DNA of 64,000 nt from Armatimonadota bacterium (lineage in GTDB: Bacteria > Armatimonadota > HRBIN16): the NCBI GenBank assembly GCA_026003195.1, contig BPGU01000004.1, positions 70,317-134,316 of the forward strand, in the 5' to 3' direction. The number at the start of each line of letters is the position of its first letter. Within the stretch, counting starts at the first letter, position 1. The translations under genes and the position numbers were made by a program. Shown here piece after piece: positions 28,814 to 38,141 of this stretch. The notes beneath the pieces are model-generated. The model was not told the DNA's origin, searched no databases, and saw only the letters and a program-made list of their open reading frames with translations.

Positions 28814-29476
28814 TTACTGCACCAGTCTCAGCCAGTCGCTAAAGATAAAGTACATCCGGTCAAACAGCAGCGCCATACGTGCCATAATGGTTGTTCCAAA
28901 AATCGCGCCGAACGCCACCATCATCACCCAGCGTCCGAACTGCGCCGAGTTACGGATCGCTTTGCTCTTCTGCTCAAAGGAGAAGAAGAAGTAGCTCATG
29001 ACGGTGACGAGCACTACCATGAAGATAAGATTGTTCAAGCTCTTCGCAAAATCGAACGAACCGTTCTCCGTCACAACATACAGCGGTCGGAACGAATTCG
29101 ACAGCTGTGGCAGGTAAGTGTTGGAAAAAATCTGGAAAATCTGCCCTGCCGAGAAGCCCATCAGGAAGCCGATGGGCAGACGGCTGAGCCAGTTGTATTT
29201 TCGGCTGTGGATGAAATAGAACAGTAGTCCGAACATAAACACGAACGTCCAGTACCACTCGCCGTTCTTGAACACCGGCTGGTACAGGAACGGGTCGAGA
29301 ATATTTTTGACCAGCGCCACGATAGAAAAACCTGCAGCCAAGCCGATGAAGATGTGCTCAAAAAAGCGATAGACCACATTTTCACGGTAGATCAGGGTCA
29401 TCAGTCCGATGGTACAAAGGGCGCCGATGTACACACCCGGGCGCGCAACAAAGTCCTGCCACACCTGTTCGATCAT
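28814..29476 (-). CDS. Hypothetical membrane protein (about 6 TM), sixth gene of the DUF6754-type operon
   Basis: Hydrophobic ORF; 'YRENVVYRFFEHIFIG', 'GRWVMMVAFGAIFG'; ATGA-coupled to the upstream gene. Confidence 0.85.
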   Translation of the reverse strand: MIEQVWQDFVARPGVYIGALCTIGLMTLIYRENVVYRFFEHIFIGLAAGFSIVALVKNILDPFLYQPVFKNGEWYWTFVFMFGLLFYFIHSRKYNWLSRLPIGFLMGFSAGQIFQIFSNTYLPQLSNSFRPLYVVTENGSFDFAKSLNNLIFMVVLVTVMSYFFFSFEQKSKAIRNSAQFGRWVMMVAFGAIFGTTIMARMALLFDRMYFIFSDWLRLVQ

Positions 29477-30315
29477 CGCGACCTCCGTGCTCGCGTTGCG
29501 AAATAGCCGATGTTACCTATCACAATCAGCAACATGATCAACACGTGCGCCAGCGAGATGCTGCCCATGCCCACCGTCGCTAACCCCGGTTTTTTGAGCA
29601 ATCTCTCGTACTCTGCGGCGCCTCGCATTCCCTCCATCGTTCCCACAATCTGACCGGAAGCCAGATAGGGATATGTCTCCGGTACCATGACGGACGTAGG
29701 ACAAAACCCGAACTTCAGTTTGGGATTGGCACCCACAACCAGCCCAATCCAATCCGCATAGATACCAGAGGCAGCAATCTCCACAATCGCATCCACGTTC
29801 TGGATGTTCTTAATTCCCTGCATCATCGGCATATCCTTGGTTGGCTTGCCCTGGTAGTCTTTGTCAAAAGTGCCCGGGATGTCGCGCACCATCGATTTCA
29901 TCACCACGCCTACCTGCGGGCGAAAGCCCCAGTGAACCCAGTTCTTGCCGTACTCGTAACCGTATTCAGCGGCAAGTCGCTTAGCGATGTCCAGCGATAG
30001 CTGGCTACCCTGCACATCGAAGGAGAACACTGCCACCCGCAGTCCTCGCTGCATGGCATGGCGCAAGATGGCGACGGTCTGCGGCATATTTTCCGCGCGC
30101 GTGCCTCCACTCCATGTGGCGCTGACGATCACAAAACCGCCGGGCGGTATGGACTCGATAGCGTCGTATAACCTCTGTGTCGAGGGCATAGTGACCGTCG
30201 GCAGGCTTATAGGCAGAAACAGCGGCGCAATCACCACTATCAGCAACAGCAGATACAGTATCCGACGGTCAATCGCTTGCAGCTTGTCCCAAAAGTTCGC
30301 CGATGCCCCTGTCAT
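29473..30315 (-). CDS. Hypothetical protein with two terminal TM helices flanking an alpha/beta domain
   Basis: N- and C-terminal TMs; 'YGKNWVHWGF', 'PYLASGQIVG', 'GAAEYE'. Confidence 0.85.
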   Translation of the reverse strand: MTGASANFWDKLQAIDRRILYLLLLIVVIAPLFLPISLPTVTMPSTQRLYDAIESIPPGGFVIVSATWSGGTRAENMPQTVAILRHAMQRGLRVAVFSFDVQGSQLSLDIAKRLAAEYGYEYGKNWVHWGFRPQVGVVMKSMVRDIPGTFDKDYQGKPTKDMPMMQGIKNIQNVDAIVEIAASGIYADWIGLVVGANPKLKFGFCPTSVMVPETYPYLASGQIVGTMEGMRGAAEYERLLKKPGLATVGMGSISLAHVLIMLLIVIGNIGYFATRARRSR

Positions 30316-30318
30316 CGT

Positions 30319-31128
30319 CTAAATCTCCTTCTCGAAGTAAGCCCCTCGTTCCAGGCTAAGCCAGATACGTAGTGAAATGGCAAGTCCGCCTACACCCAAT
30401 CCGAAAGCAATGGCACGCAGCGCCGCCGCATTCAGCACCGTTAACAGCCACTCCTTCATCACTTCCAGACGCAGCGAAGCCAGCATACTGTCACGGGGGA
30501 TCCAGGCGGTCAGAGCCAATCCCACCGGCACCTGCGCAAGCATTACCAGAAACGCCGTTGCCATCAGGATGGTGGCTTCCACCGAGCGGATACGAAAGGC
30601 GCGGTATGCCGCTGAGACAATGTAGAAAGCGATAAGCGAGAACATGGTAGCGTCCATGTTAATCAACATGCCCTCAAACAGCACACTGAACACCTGCTTG
30701 GCGGTTGGGTTGTTGCCGTATCGCTCCATCAAACCAAACACCACCATCGCCGTCATGGCTGCCAGCAAGGCGAGGCTGTTGTACCACCCGCTACGCAAGC
30801 GCGTGATATTACGACCATGCACTCGCAAAAGGCTCAGGATGCCCAGGGTCAACGTCATCCCTGCCAGCAAGCTGCCCAGCTTGCTGGCGGGCACAAGATA
30901 GTCGGTCAGGAAGTTCTTACCCTCTTTGTCTATCGGCAGGAAGAACTCTGTAGCGTAAAAGAGCCCTGCGAGAAAAGTGACTGTAGCGATAAGCGGCTTG
31001 CGTGCGCGCGAGGGCAGGTTCATCAGCAAGATGATGATCAGGATGCTCAACACAACCGCCCCTGCCACATAATACGGCAGCACCTCTGGCGGCTTGGGAC
31101 CGAAAAAGCGAACTATCGGCTCTAGCAC
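30319..31128 (-). CDS. Hypothetical polytopic membrane protein
   Basis: About 7 TM; 'ATMFSLIAFYIVSAAYRAFRIRSVEA', 'LRIWLSLER'. Confidence 0.85.
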   Translation of the reverse strand: MLEPIVRFFGPKPPEVLPYYVAGAVVLSILIIILLMNLPSRARKPLIATVTFLAGLFYATEFFLPIDKEGKNFLTDYLVPASKLGSLLAGMTLTLGILSLLRVHGRNITRLRSGWYNSLALLAAMTAMVVFGLMERYGNNPTAKQVFSVLFEGMLINMDATMFSLIAFYIVSAAYRAFRIRSVEATILMATAFLVMLAQVPVGLALTAWIPRDSMLASLRLEVMKEWLLTVLNAAALRAIAFGLGVGGLAISLRIWLSLERGAYFEKEI

Positions 31129-31145
31129 CGTCCGTTACCCCCCTG

Positions 31146-31949
31146 TTAACGAATGCGAAACAGGTCCACGAACCATTGGCCCGCATCCGCCAGCATCGGC
31201 ACTTTCAGTGCGGCAAGCGTTGCAGCCATCGAACCCACCACGCACAGCGCGGTAATCAGCAGCTTGCCAAAATCCTGACCGACCAGGCTACCCAGCATCG
31301 TCGGATTGCGCGAGATATATGCGCTGGCGGCGTAGTACTCATCGCCGATGATGGTGTAGTCACACGCGGCGATGAAGAAGGGAATCTGGGTCGTCTGCGT
31401 CGTACCGGCAACCTGTATCGCACCGGTCATATTGCCTGTCTCGGCGAAGATAAGCGACTCCGCGAAGAACTCCCCGAACATAAAGGAGCTGGCTACTTTC
31501 TCGCGCTGTATCAGTCCTGCCACGCCGGATGCGAACGCGAACTGGCGGTCGGAAAGGAAGCGAATAGAATCGGGGTCAAACCGTTCGGGATGTCCCTCTG
31601 CCTGATAGGCGTCACGGATGACCTCTTCCGCCACGGTATACACCGTGGGGTCTGCTACAGGCATCAGGATGCGGTTGCCGAACCTGGCGGTGGAACGGGC
31701 GATATAGCTGAAGATACTCAATGCCTGCAGGGCGATGATGCCAAACCCGCCGATACCAGGTACCATGAGCACAGGACGTCCCATTTCGGTAGCGCGTCCT
31801 ATCGCTTCATCGATGGCGTTCAAACCGGGAATACGTCGGATGAACATCTCCTTGCCCCGCTGAGCCGATAGAATGCGCCAGATAATTATCGTCGCCGTCA
31901 ACACTTCCATAATCAGCACGGGCCAGATTTTCTCAAAGGCGTGTTGCAT
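31146..31949 (-). CDS. DUF6754-type membrane protein
   Basis: 'IRRIPGLNAIDEAIGRATEMGRP', 'FAESLIFAETG', 'QIPFFIAACDYTIIGDEYYAASAY'; family recognised from memory. Confidence 0.8.
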   Translation of the reverse strand: MQHAFEKIWPVLIMEVLTATIIIWRILSAQRGKEMFIRRIPGLNAIDEAIGRATEMGRPVLMVPGIGGFGIIALQALSIFSYIARSTARFGNRILMPVADPTVYTVAEEVIRDAYQAEGHPERFDPDSIRFLSDRQFAFASGVAGLIQREKVASSFMFGEFFAESLIFAETGNMTGAIQVAGTTQTTQIPFFIAACDYTIIGDEYYAASAYISRNPTMLGSLVGQDFGKLLITALCVVGSMAATLAALKVPMLADAGQWFVDLFRIR

Positions 31950-32262
31950 GATCAGATGGCTCCTGCTCCTTTTCGTGTTCTAACTGTTCGATGCGCTCGA
32001 TCAGCCTCTCTACGTTCTCCCGCTTCTCCAGCAATCGGCTGTAGCGATGCACGTTGTCTATTCCCACAAAAGGCGCGAGAAACGGCGTCAGCACAATCAG
32101 CGACTGGCTGGCGACGAAAGAAAGGGGCTTGTTCAGCTCCAGAAACAGCACTGCCGGAGCTGCCATCCCGCGACGCACAATCCCCTGTGCGATACGCTCC
32201 AGAATAGCGTCGCGCTCTTCGTCGCTCAGTTCGTCTTCTTGCCAGCGGTCGATTCTCTCCAA
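31933..32262 (-). CDS. Small hypothetical protein
   Basis: TTG start behind GGAGG; 'IVRRGMAAPAVLFLELNKPLSF'; overlaps both neighbours. Confidence 0.75.
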   Translation of the reverse strand: MERIDRWQEDELSDEERDAILERIAQGIVRRGMAAPAVLFLELNKPLSFVASQSLIVLTPFLAPFVGIDNVHRYSRLLEKRENVERLIERIEQLEHEKEQEPSDHATRL

Positions 32263-32693
32263 AAGGCAATCGCCTCCAGCACCTGGTCACGGTTGCCCGC
32301 GAAGCGCAGGTACACCCCGCGAAAGGGTTCCAGACGCGAACGGGGCGGCAAAGGGCTGAGCTTCACCCCGTCAGGAGTAACGGTCACATATTTCACGCGC
32401 TCCCACGCGATGTCAAACCCTGCCCCCAGATAGCGCACCCTCGCCCCTTGTTCGTCCACCGCATAGTGTACTGGCAGCCAGTAATCGCGTGTGGCCAGCC
32501 ACAGCAACAGCAGTGCCAGCAACCCCATTCCCGCACTGCGAAAAGCCACCCCTACCAGAGCAGACGCCAGCAGCATGATGGCTCCCGCCAACCATGCCTT
32601 CTGCGGCTGTTCACGTAACAGATGCACTCTCCATCGCAGGGTGTACTGGTTCGCCTGTTCCTCGTCGCTCATGCGCGGAGCACCGCTGTGCAT
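32226..32693 (-). CDS. Hypothetical 2-TM protein with PH-like cytoplasmic domain
   Basis: Two TMs then 'YAVDEQG...IAWERV', 'SRLEPFRGVYL'; start 32693 or 32672. Confidence 0.75.
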   Translation of the reverse strand: MHSGAPRMSDEEQANQYTLRWRVHLLREQPQKAWLAGAIMLLASALVGVAFRSAGMGLLALLLLWLATRDYWLPVHYAVDEQGARVRYLGAGFDIAWERVKYVTVTPDGVKLSPLPPRSRLEPFRGVYLRFAGNRDQVLEAIAFWRESTAGKKTN

Positions 32694-32704
32694 AGCCCTG
32701 CGTC

Positions 32705-32733
32705 ATTATAAGGAGAAACACCCCCCATGTCAA
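32705..32733 (-). promoter_or_regulatory. Perfect sigma70 promoter for the DUF6754-type operon
   Basis: Minus strand TTGACA (32733-32728), 17-nt spacer, TATAAT (32710-32705). Confidence 0.88.
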
Positions 32734-32771
32734 GGGTAACTATTCGGCATATCTGGTGGGTATCCCTTCCC

Positions 32772-32805
32772 AAACAAAAAGAGGGTCACGCTCTGCGTGA
32801 CCCTC
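32772..32805 (-). terminator. Intrinsic terminator of the PEP-CTERM gene
   Basis: GAGGGTCACG-loop-CGTGACCCTC followed by TTTTTGTTT on the minus strand. Confidence 0.85.
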
Positions 32806-32824
32806 TCGCCAAAGACATCTGGAA

Positions 32825-33481
32825 CTACGCACGTCGTCGGCGCAGAGCCAGCAGTCCCACCACTCCGCTACCCAGCACCAGCAGGCTGGCGGGTTCGGGT
32901 ACGGGAACCGTCTCCAGATAGAAGTTGGCTACTGGATTGCCGCCAAACCAGTAAGGTCCGCCGTTGTTGATGGTGAACAGGTCGTGGCTGGTACCCACTG
33001 TCGGCGGGTTGTAGATAAGCAGCCCAGCATCCGCCGCACTGAACGAGAAGCCAATCCACAGGTCCGCCGGTGCGGTGAGAGGAGCCGGTAACGTGATGGT
33101 GTAAATCCACCCGCCGGAGCCGTTCAGCGTGCCCAGCGGATACGAAGCGATGAGCGAAGCCGGCAAGTTAAAGTCGCCGTTGTTTTGATAGATGTAGAGG
33201 GTGACATCAGGTGCGCTGGTCGGCGCGTAATAGGCGAACGACACCTGCCCAATCGGCAGGCTGGTGGTGCGATGCACATCGTCCGCCACGATAGCCCCTG
33301 CTCCACCGGGATAATAAAAGCCGGTGGAGTTGGTGGTGTTGCTGTAGTCGGGAGCCATCTGGGGGGTTAAGCTGCCACGGAACAGGTCGGCTGGCACAGG
33401 CGTTGCCGTAACCCGAATCTGCGCGTTAGCTACTGCGACGGCACCCAGCAATAAAGCGGTGACCAGCAAAGTGCGAAACAT
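32825..33481 (-). CDS. PEP-CTERM sorting domain protein
   Basis: Signal peptide; C-terminal VPEPASLLVLGSGVVGLLALRRRRA. Confidence 0.93.
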   Translation of the reverse strand: MFRTLLVTALLLGAVAVANAQIRVTATPVPADLFRGSLTPQMAPDYSNTTNSTGFYYPGGAGAIVADDVHRTTSLPIGQVSFAYYAPTSAPDVTLYIYQNNGDFNLPASLIASYPLGTLNGSGGWIYTITLPAPLTAPADLWIGFSFSAADAGLLIYNPPTVGTSHDLFTINNGGPYWFGGNPVANFYLETVPVPEPASLLVLGSGVVGLLALRRRRA

Positions 33482-33523
33482 GCGAACCTCCCTTCCTTTC
33501 CTGAAAAAATGATTGTTGCTCTC

Positions 33524-33552
33524 ATTGTAAACAAATGGGTTCCTTCCGTCAA
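33524..33552 (-). promoter_or_regulatory. Sigma70-type promoter of the PEP-CTERM gene
   Basis: TTGACG-17-TACAAT on the minus strand. Confidence 0.7.
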
Positions 33553-33610
33553 TGGGAAGACAACCATTGTGAAAAAAACCCGTACTTTTGCTGGTGTGAA
33601 AGATGCCGGT

Positions 33611-34750
33611 TTACGGGGCGCGCCAGGAATACATACCTTCCCTGGGTGGGAAAGCCAGCCTGTCGAAAGCGCGAGCAGGCGGTTTGTTCAACAGCTGCCA
33701 GTCGGCGAAATCCAGCAGAGCCTGCCAGTCCGCCAGCGAATGCTCGTGTCCACCTTCGCGGAACCAGATACCGATGCGCTGTTCCACCCCCAGGAAGCGG
33801 TACACCTCTTTCGCAGCGAGGTAGGTCACCTGTGTGCCTTCAGGGTTTGCCCACAGGTCCGCCAGCGCTTCGGTGCTGAGCTGCGCCCGCGGAGCCACCA
33901 GCGCCTTCACGATATGCTGGTCAAACGGCAACCTCTCCACCTTGCCGATGAACTGAGCAAAGCGCGGATGGAACCAGTAAGGAATGTTGCGCAGGATGTC
34001 GGCAATGGTTTCGCTGCCCTGTGCCTGGTAACGGTAGCACCCTGCACCGCCACAGCCTGAGTTGTTCGGGGCGGTGAGGGCGATGCGTTCATCGGTGGCA
34101 CCTGCCAGCAGGGCAGTCTTGCCACCCCGAGAGTGTCCGGTAACCACAATGCGCTTCGCATGGATAAAGGGTTGAGTCAGCAAAAAGTCTATCACGCGGT
34201 GATAGCCCCATGCCCATGCTGCCAGCCTGCCACCTTCGTCATGGGGGTATGCCTCATAAACACCCTTGCGCTCTGCGCTGTCGGGAGCGATTTGCGTGCG
34301 GTCAAAGAAGGCAAGCACGTAATGGCGCTGGAGCACTTCCCGGACGATTTCCCCCGTTGGCTCGCCCCACCCGAGGTCGCCGTCCACGATAACGGGCATC
34401 TTCCCTCGCCAGCGTGGACGAAAGAGGAGCAGGCGCGTGCTCAGGGGGACAGGAGATTCGATGTGCAGGCGGTATTCGGTGCGCACCGCCTTCAGGTCAG
34501 ACAGATCTGTCTCTGCCACAGTCTCTGCACGCACCCCACGCGGTGGGGGAGGCAGCTCGCCGTATTCGTAGTGCAGCACCAGCTTGAGCCAGTGTTCACG
34601 CAGCGATTTCCACTCCCGTGGCGAGGTCACACGCTTCCCATCAGGGCGCAAAAACGGATCGGGAAGTTCCCTCACCGGTGGCAAATCCTCCGCAGCGGGA
34701 AAATCAGCATCGGTCGTGAGATGCTCAAACTGATCGTGTCGGACATTCAT
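33611..34750 (-). CDS. CE15-like (glucuronoyl) methylesterase
   Basis: 'ELPDPF', 'AAWAWG', GHSRGGK nucleophile motif, 'LPFDQH..ALVAPR', 'DLWANP'; no signal peptide. Confidence 0.88.
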   Translation of the reverse strand: MNVRHDQFEHLTTDADFPAAEDLPPVRELPDPFLRPDGKRVTSPREWKSLREHWLKLVLHYEYGELPPPPRGVRAETVAETDLSDLKAVRTEYRLHIESPVPLSTRLLLFRPRWRGKMPVIVDGDLGWGEPTGEIVREVLQRHYVLAFFDRTQIAPDSAERKGVYEAYPHDEGGRLAAWAWGYHRVIDFLLTQPFIHAKRIVVTGHSRGGKTALLAGATDERIALTAPNNSGCGGAGCYRYQAQGSETIADILRNIPYWFHPRFAQFIGKVERLPFDQHIVKALVAPRAQLSTEALADLWANPEGTQVTYLAAKEVYRFLGVEQRIGIWFREGGHEHSLADWQALLDFADWQLLNKPPARAFDRLAFPPREGMYSWRAP

Positions 34751-34933
34751 CTTTCTGTCTCCTTACAGTTGCTCATAGTTTCTTTGCGGATTGAACCGAC
34801 GCGCCAGATCGTTCCGTCCGAAGTGATGTCCACAAGTACCTCATCGCTCAAACGGATGGTCTCTACCTGTTCATCGGCTGTTCGAAAACGAATGTAGGCA
34901 ACTTTATACTTGGGACCGTACGTGATTTCCCAT
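34747..34933 (-). pseudogene. Frameshifted DUF2283-family remnant
   Basis: After RBS GGAGG, ATG-G-GAAATC puts 'EITYGPKYKVAYIRF...VETIRLSDEVLVDITSDGTI' out of frame; the typical C-terminal GIE motif is lost. Confidence 0.6.
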
Positions 34934-35002
34934 ACCACCACCTCCCTCAAAAATAAAGGATTCGAACGGTCTTTCCTGCAGCAGCACTCTCTTCCACTCT
35001 GA

Positions 35003-36010
35003 CTATACCTCCCCCTGATACAGCTCGGGACAGGGGTTGCCATGCTCGTCGTACCAGCCATAGCGTTCGCGCATCTCCAGCATCAGCAGATAACGTTCCA
35101 GCGGAAGCCCTTTGAACGCCACGTTGGTTGTTGCGTACACATATCCGCCGCCGGGCATTCCATGTTTCAGCACGTATTTGCAGTTCTGGATAATCTGCTC
35201 CTCCGTACCGGTCTGCAGCAGGCTACACTGCACCCCACCCAGCAGGCAGAGTTTCTCCCCTGCCAGCGCTTTTATCTTCGCGATGTCCATATCCTTCGCC
35301 TGACTGTCGATGGAGTGCAGTCCGTGTGGCTCCGCTTCCACAATCTGGTCCAGAATGGGCATGATGTTGCCATCGGTATGTTTGATGACGTACAGCCCCA
35401 TCGCGCGGTATCCCGCCACCAGTTCCTTCAGATAGGGGGTGACAAATTGCCGGAACATCCGCGGCGAGAGGAAAGGACCGTCATTAAAGGCGTAATCGGC
35501 ACACAGGGCGAAGCCGTCAATGCCGTACTCTTCGCGCAGGCGCTTGCCCCGTTGCAACGCCCATTGCACGTTGCGCTTTGCCGTGTCGTGCATCTCATCG
35601 GGGCGCTCGAAGAAGGCGGTTGCCACCTCCACCATATCGCTGCCTGTGGGGATGGCGAAGGTGGCGTCGCCGTGTGCAATCAGCAGGTACTTATCGCCCA
35701 CGAGGTCGCGGATGTAGCGAATGGTGTGTCCTAACCCATCATCATCGGGGGCATGGACAATCATGAGGATACTGTAGTCTAACCTCTCGGCAACCTCGAT
35801 ATACAGTTCTGCGTTCTCGCGCAATAGGCGGTCACATTGCGCAGCGGTCGCGTTCTGGAACTCATGCCAGTGGTGGTACTCTTTGCCCAGCAACTCTTGC
35901 GTCAACTGGAACTCCAGTTCGAAGGTGGGCACTTTGCTGTGGGGGCGTGGGGGCTTGCGCTCCAGCGCCCAGATAGCCTGTTGCTTGGGAGTGAGAGCAT
36001 CTGTTGCCAT
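35003..36010 (-). CDS. Uroporphyrinogen decarboxylase / MtbA-CmuA superfamily protein
   Basis: 'ADYAFNDGPFLSP', KHTDGN, 'LCLLGGV', 'GGGYVYATTN'. Confidence 0.87.
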   Translation of the reverse strand: MATDALTPKQQAIWALERKPPRPHSKVPTFELEFQLTQELLGKEYHHWHEFQNATAAQCDRLLRENAELYIEVAERLDYSILMIVHAPDDDGLGHTIRYIRDLVGDKYLLIAHGDATFAIPTGSDMVEVATAFFERPDEMHDTAKRNVQWALQRGKRLREEYGIDGFALCADYAFNDGPFLSPRMFRQFVTPYLKELVAGYRAMGLYVIKHTDGNIMPILDQIVEAEPHGLHSIDSQAKDMDIAKIKALAGEKLCLLGGVQCSLLQTGTEEQIIQNCKYVLKHGMPGGGYVYATTNVAFKGLPLERYLLMLEMRERYGWYDEHGNPCPELYQGEV

Positions 36011-36134
36011 GTAAGATGGAACCTCCTGTTGGCTTCCTCGAACGAATACACCGGAGGAGGGCGATTATCCTGTTGCCGAAGGAGCCCTGAAAGGAGACTT
36101 TGTGTTTGCGTGCGAGAGATGTGGCGAGGAGAAG

Positions 36135-36204
36135 GCACACCAAGACGCAAAGAGCACCCAGAGAGAACTCATCTTCTTCTCAGCGTCCTTGCGCCTCGGT
36201 GTGC
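36135..36204. repeat. Imperfect palindrome downstream of rplA (REP-like or terminator)
   Basis: GCACACCAAGACGCAAAG pairs with CCTTGCGCCTCGGTGTGC. Confidence 0.55.
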
Positions 36205-36215
36205 GACCAGAACTC

Positions 36216-36926
36216 TTACGCAGCGGTCTCGGCGAGCTTCTGCGCCTCCTGCATGTCCACGCGGATGCCTGGTCCCATCGTAGAGGAGACGGTGATTCCG
36301 CGCAGATAGCGTCCCTTCGCGGCTGCAGGGCGCGCCTTCAGCAGGGCGTTGAGGGCAGCGCTGAAGTTCTCCACCAGCTGGTCCACCTCAAAAGACGCCT
36401 TGCCGATAGGCATGTGCACGATACCTGCTTTCTCCACACGGAACGCCACGCGCTTGCTCTGTTTCAGGTCGCGCACTACCCGATCGATATCATTGGTGAC
36501 CGTGCCCGACTTGGCGTTGGGCATCCGAGGACCGAGCAAGCGTCCCAGGCGGCTCACCTGCGGAACCATGTCCGGAGTAGCCACCAGCACGTCGAAGTCG
36601 CGCCAGCCCTGCTGAATCTGCTGGATCAGGTCTTCCGCACCAACCACGTCTGCGCCGGCGTTCAGTGCCTCTTCCGCTTTATCGCCTTTGGCGAATACCG
36701 CCACCTTCACCTTCTTACCGGTTCCATGCGGCAGGGTGGTGGTACCTCGTACCATCTGGTCGCCGTGTCGGGGGTCTACACCCAGATTGACAGCGATATC
36801 GATGGTCTCGTCGAAACCAGCTTTTGCCAGCGACTTCGCCAGCTCCAGTGCTTCACGCACTCCGTAGAGTCGGTTGCGGTCTATTTTCTGTTTCGCTTCC
36901 AGATAGCGTTTGCCATGCTGTGGCAT
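36216..36926 (-). CDS. rplA: 50S ribosomal protein L1
   Basis: '[21 protein letters not shown]', 'LGPRMPN', 'SSTMGPG'. Confidence 0.98.
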   Translation of the reverse strand: MPQHGKRYLEAKQKIDRNRLYGVREALELAKSLAKAGFDETIDIAVNLGVDPRHGDQMVRGTTTLPHGTGKKVKVAVFAKGDKAEEALNAGADVVGAEDLIQQIQQGWRDFDVLVATPDMVPQVSRLGRLLGPRMPNAKSGTVTNDIDRVVRDLKQSKRVAFRVEKAGIVHMPIGKASFEVDQLVENFSAALNALLKARPAAAKGRYLRGITVSSTMGPGIRVDMQEAQKLAETAA

Positions 36927-36940
36927 GGTTCTGTCCCTCC

Positions 36941-36980
36941 TGTGGTATGTGTTCTTTCTCGGGGGTTACCCCCTCCCACA
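36941..36980 (-). promoter_or_regulatory. Putative L1-binding autoregulatory RNA site upstream of rplA
   Basis: Minus strand TGTGGGAG-GGGG-TAA-CCCC...ACCACA immediately before the GGAGG RBS, resembling the GUGGGAG/ACCAC L1 target. Confidence 0.65.
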
Positions 36981-37007
36981 GATTGTCCTGCTGAGAACAG
37001 CATCGCG

Positions 37008-37121
37008 GAGATTCTTCGCTTCAGAATGACACTTTGTTGCTCATCCTATCATGTTGGGCGTCAGTGAAGCATCTCAGAGTGTCTCTACGAGTGAGATTCT
37101 TCACTTGCGCTCAGAATGACA
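37008..37121. repeat. REP-like repeats (GAGATTCTTC..TCAGAATGACA x2) between rplK and rplA
   Basis: Two direct copies at 37008 and 37093 with a degenerate inverted copy (GTGAAGCATCTC) between them. Confidence 0.7.
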
Positions 37122-37150
37122 TTTTTCCGAACGACGACGGGTGTTCCTCT

Positions 37151-37579
37151 CTAGGAGGGCACGATTTCGATGCCCATCGATCGAGCGGTTCCCGCCACAA
37201 TCTTCATCGCTGCCTCTTCGTCGTTCGCATTGAGGTCAGGCATCTTCGTGCGCGCGATTTCGCGCAGCTGCTCTATGGTAATTTTGCCCACCTTCTGACG
37301 GTTCGGAGTCGAGGAGCCTTTGTCGGCGCCCGCCGCTTTGCGCAGCAGCTCCGAAGCGGGCGGTGTCTTCGTGACAAAAGTGAACGAGCGGTCCTCGTAG
37401 ATGGTGATTTCTACGGGAACAATAGAACCCATCTGCGAGGCAGTACGCTCGTTGTACTGCTTGATGAACTCCATCATGTTAATACCGTAGGGTCCGAGCG
37501 AGGAGCCTACGGGTGGGGCAGGGGTCGCTTTGCCTGCCGGTATTTGCAACTTGACCACAGCCAGAATCTTTTTCGCCAA
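37151..37579 (-). CDS. rplK: 50S ribosomal protein L11
   Basis: '[10 protein letters not shown]', 'KTPPAS', 'GTARSMG'. Confidence 0.98.
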   Translation of the reverse strand: MAKKILAVVKLQIPAGKATPAPPVGSSLGPYGINMMEFIKQYNERTASQMGSIVPVEITIYEDRSFTFVTKTPPASELLRKAAGADKGSSTPNRQKVGKITIEQLREIARTKMPDLNANDEEAAMKIVAGTARSMGIEIVPS

Positions 37580-37604
37580 CGTGAACCCTCCGTTTTCGTG
37601 CGCG

Positions 37605-38132
37605 CTACGTGATTTTCTCTATCTGCTCGAAATCGAACTCCACGGGCGTGTCCCTCCCGAAGAGCGAAATGAGAACGCGCACTTTCTCTTTATCTGGTAG
37701 CACCTCCTGGATGGTGCCGTGAAAATCGGTAAACGGACCGGACACTACGCGCACCTGTTCACCCGGCTGCCATGCGATACGCGGCTTCTTTTGTGTGCCC
37801 TCCACTGTTTCCAGGATGGCTTCCACCTCTTTCTCCTGAAGAGGCACCGGCTTATCGCCCGAGGTGACAAAGCCGGTCACGCCCGCCGTGCTCTTCACCA
37901 GGTACCAGGTCTGGTCATCCAGGATCATCTCAATGAGAATATAGCCCGGAAAGATTTTGCGGCTGACGGTGACCTTCTTGCCCTGGCGGGTGCGCATCTC
38001 CTGTTCGGTGGGCACGAGAATACGAAAAATACGGTCGCGCAGTCCCATAGCTTCTGCACGCCGCTCGATAGCGGTCTTGACCTTATTCTCGTGACCGGCG
38101 TAAGTATGTACGGCATACCACTGTTTTTGCAT
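37605..38132 (-). CDS. nusG: Transcription termination/antitermination factor NusG
   Basis: '[14 protein letters not shown]', 'FPGYIL', KOW 'GPFTDF', 'FGRDTPVE'. Confidence 0.98.
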   Translation of the reverse strand: MQKQWYAVHTYAGHENKVKTAIERRAEAMGLRDRIFRILVPTEQEMRTRQGKKVTVSRKIFPGYILIEMILDDQTWYLVKSTAGVTGFVTSGDKPVPLQEKEVEAILETVEGTQKKPRIAWQPGEQVRVVSGPFTDFHGTIQEVLPDKEKVRVLISLFGRDTPVEFDFEQIEKIT

Positions 38133-38141
38133 GGCACACCC

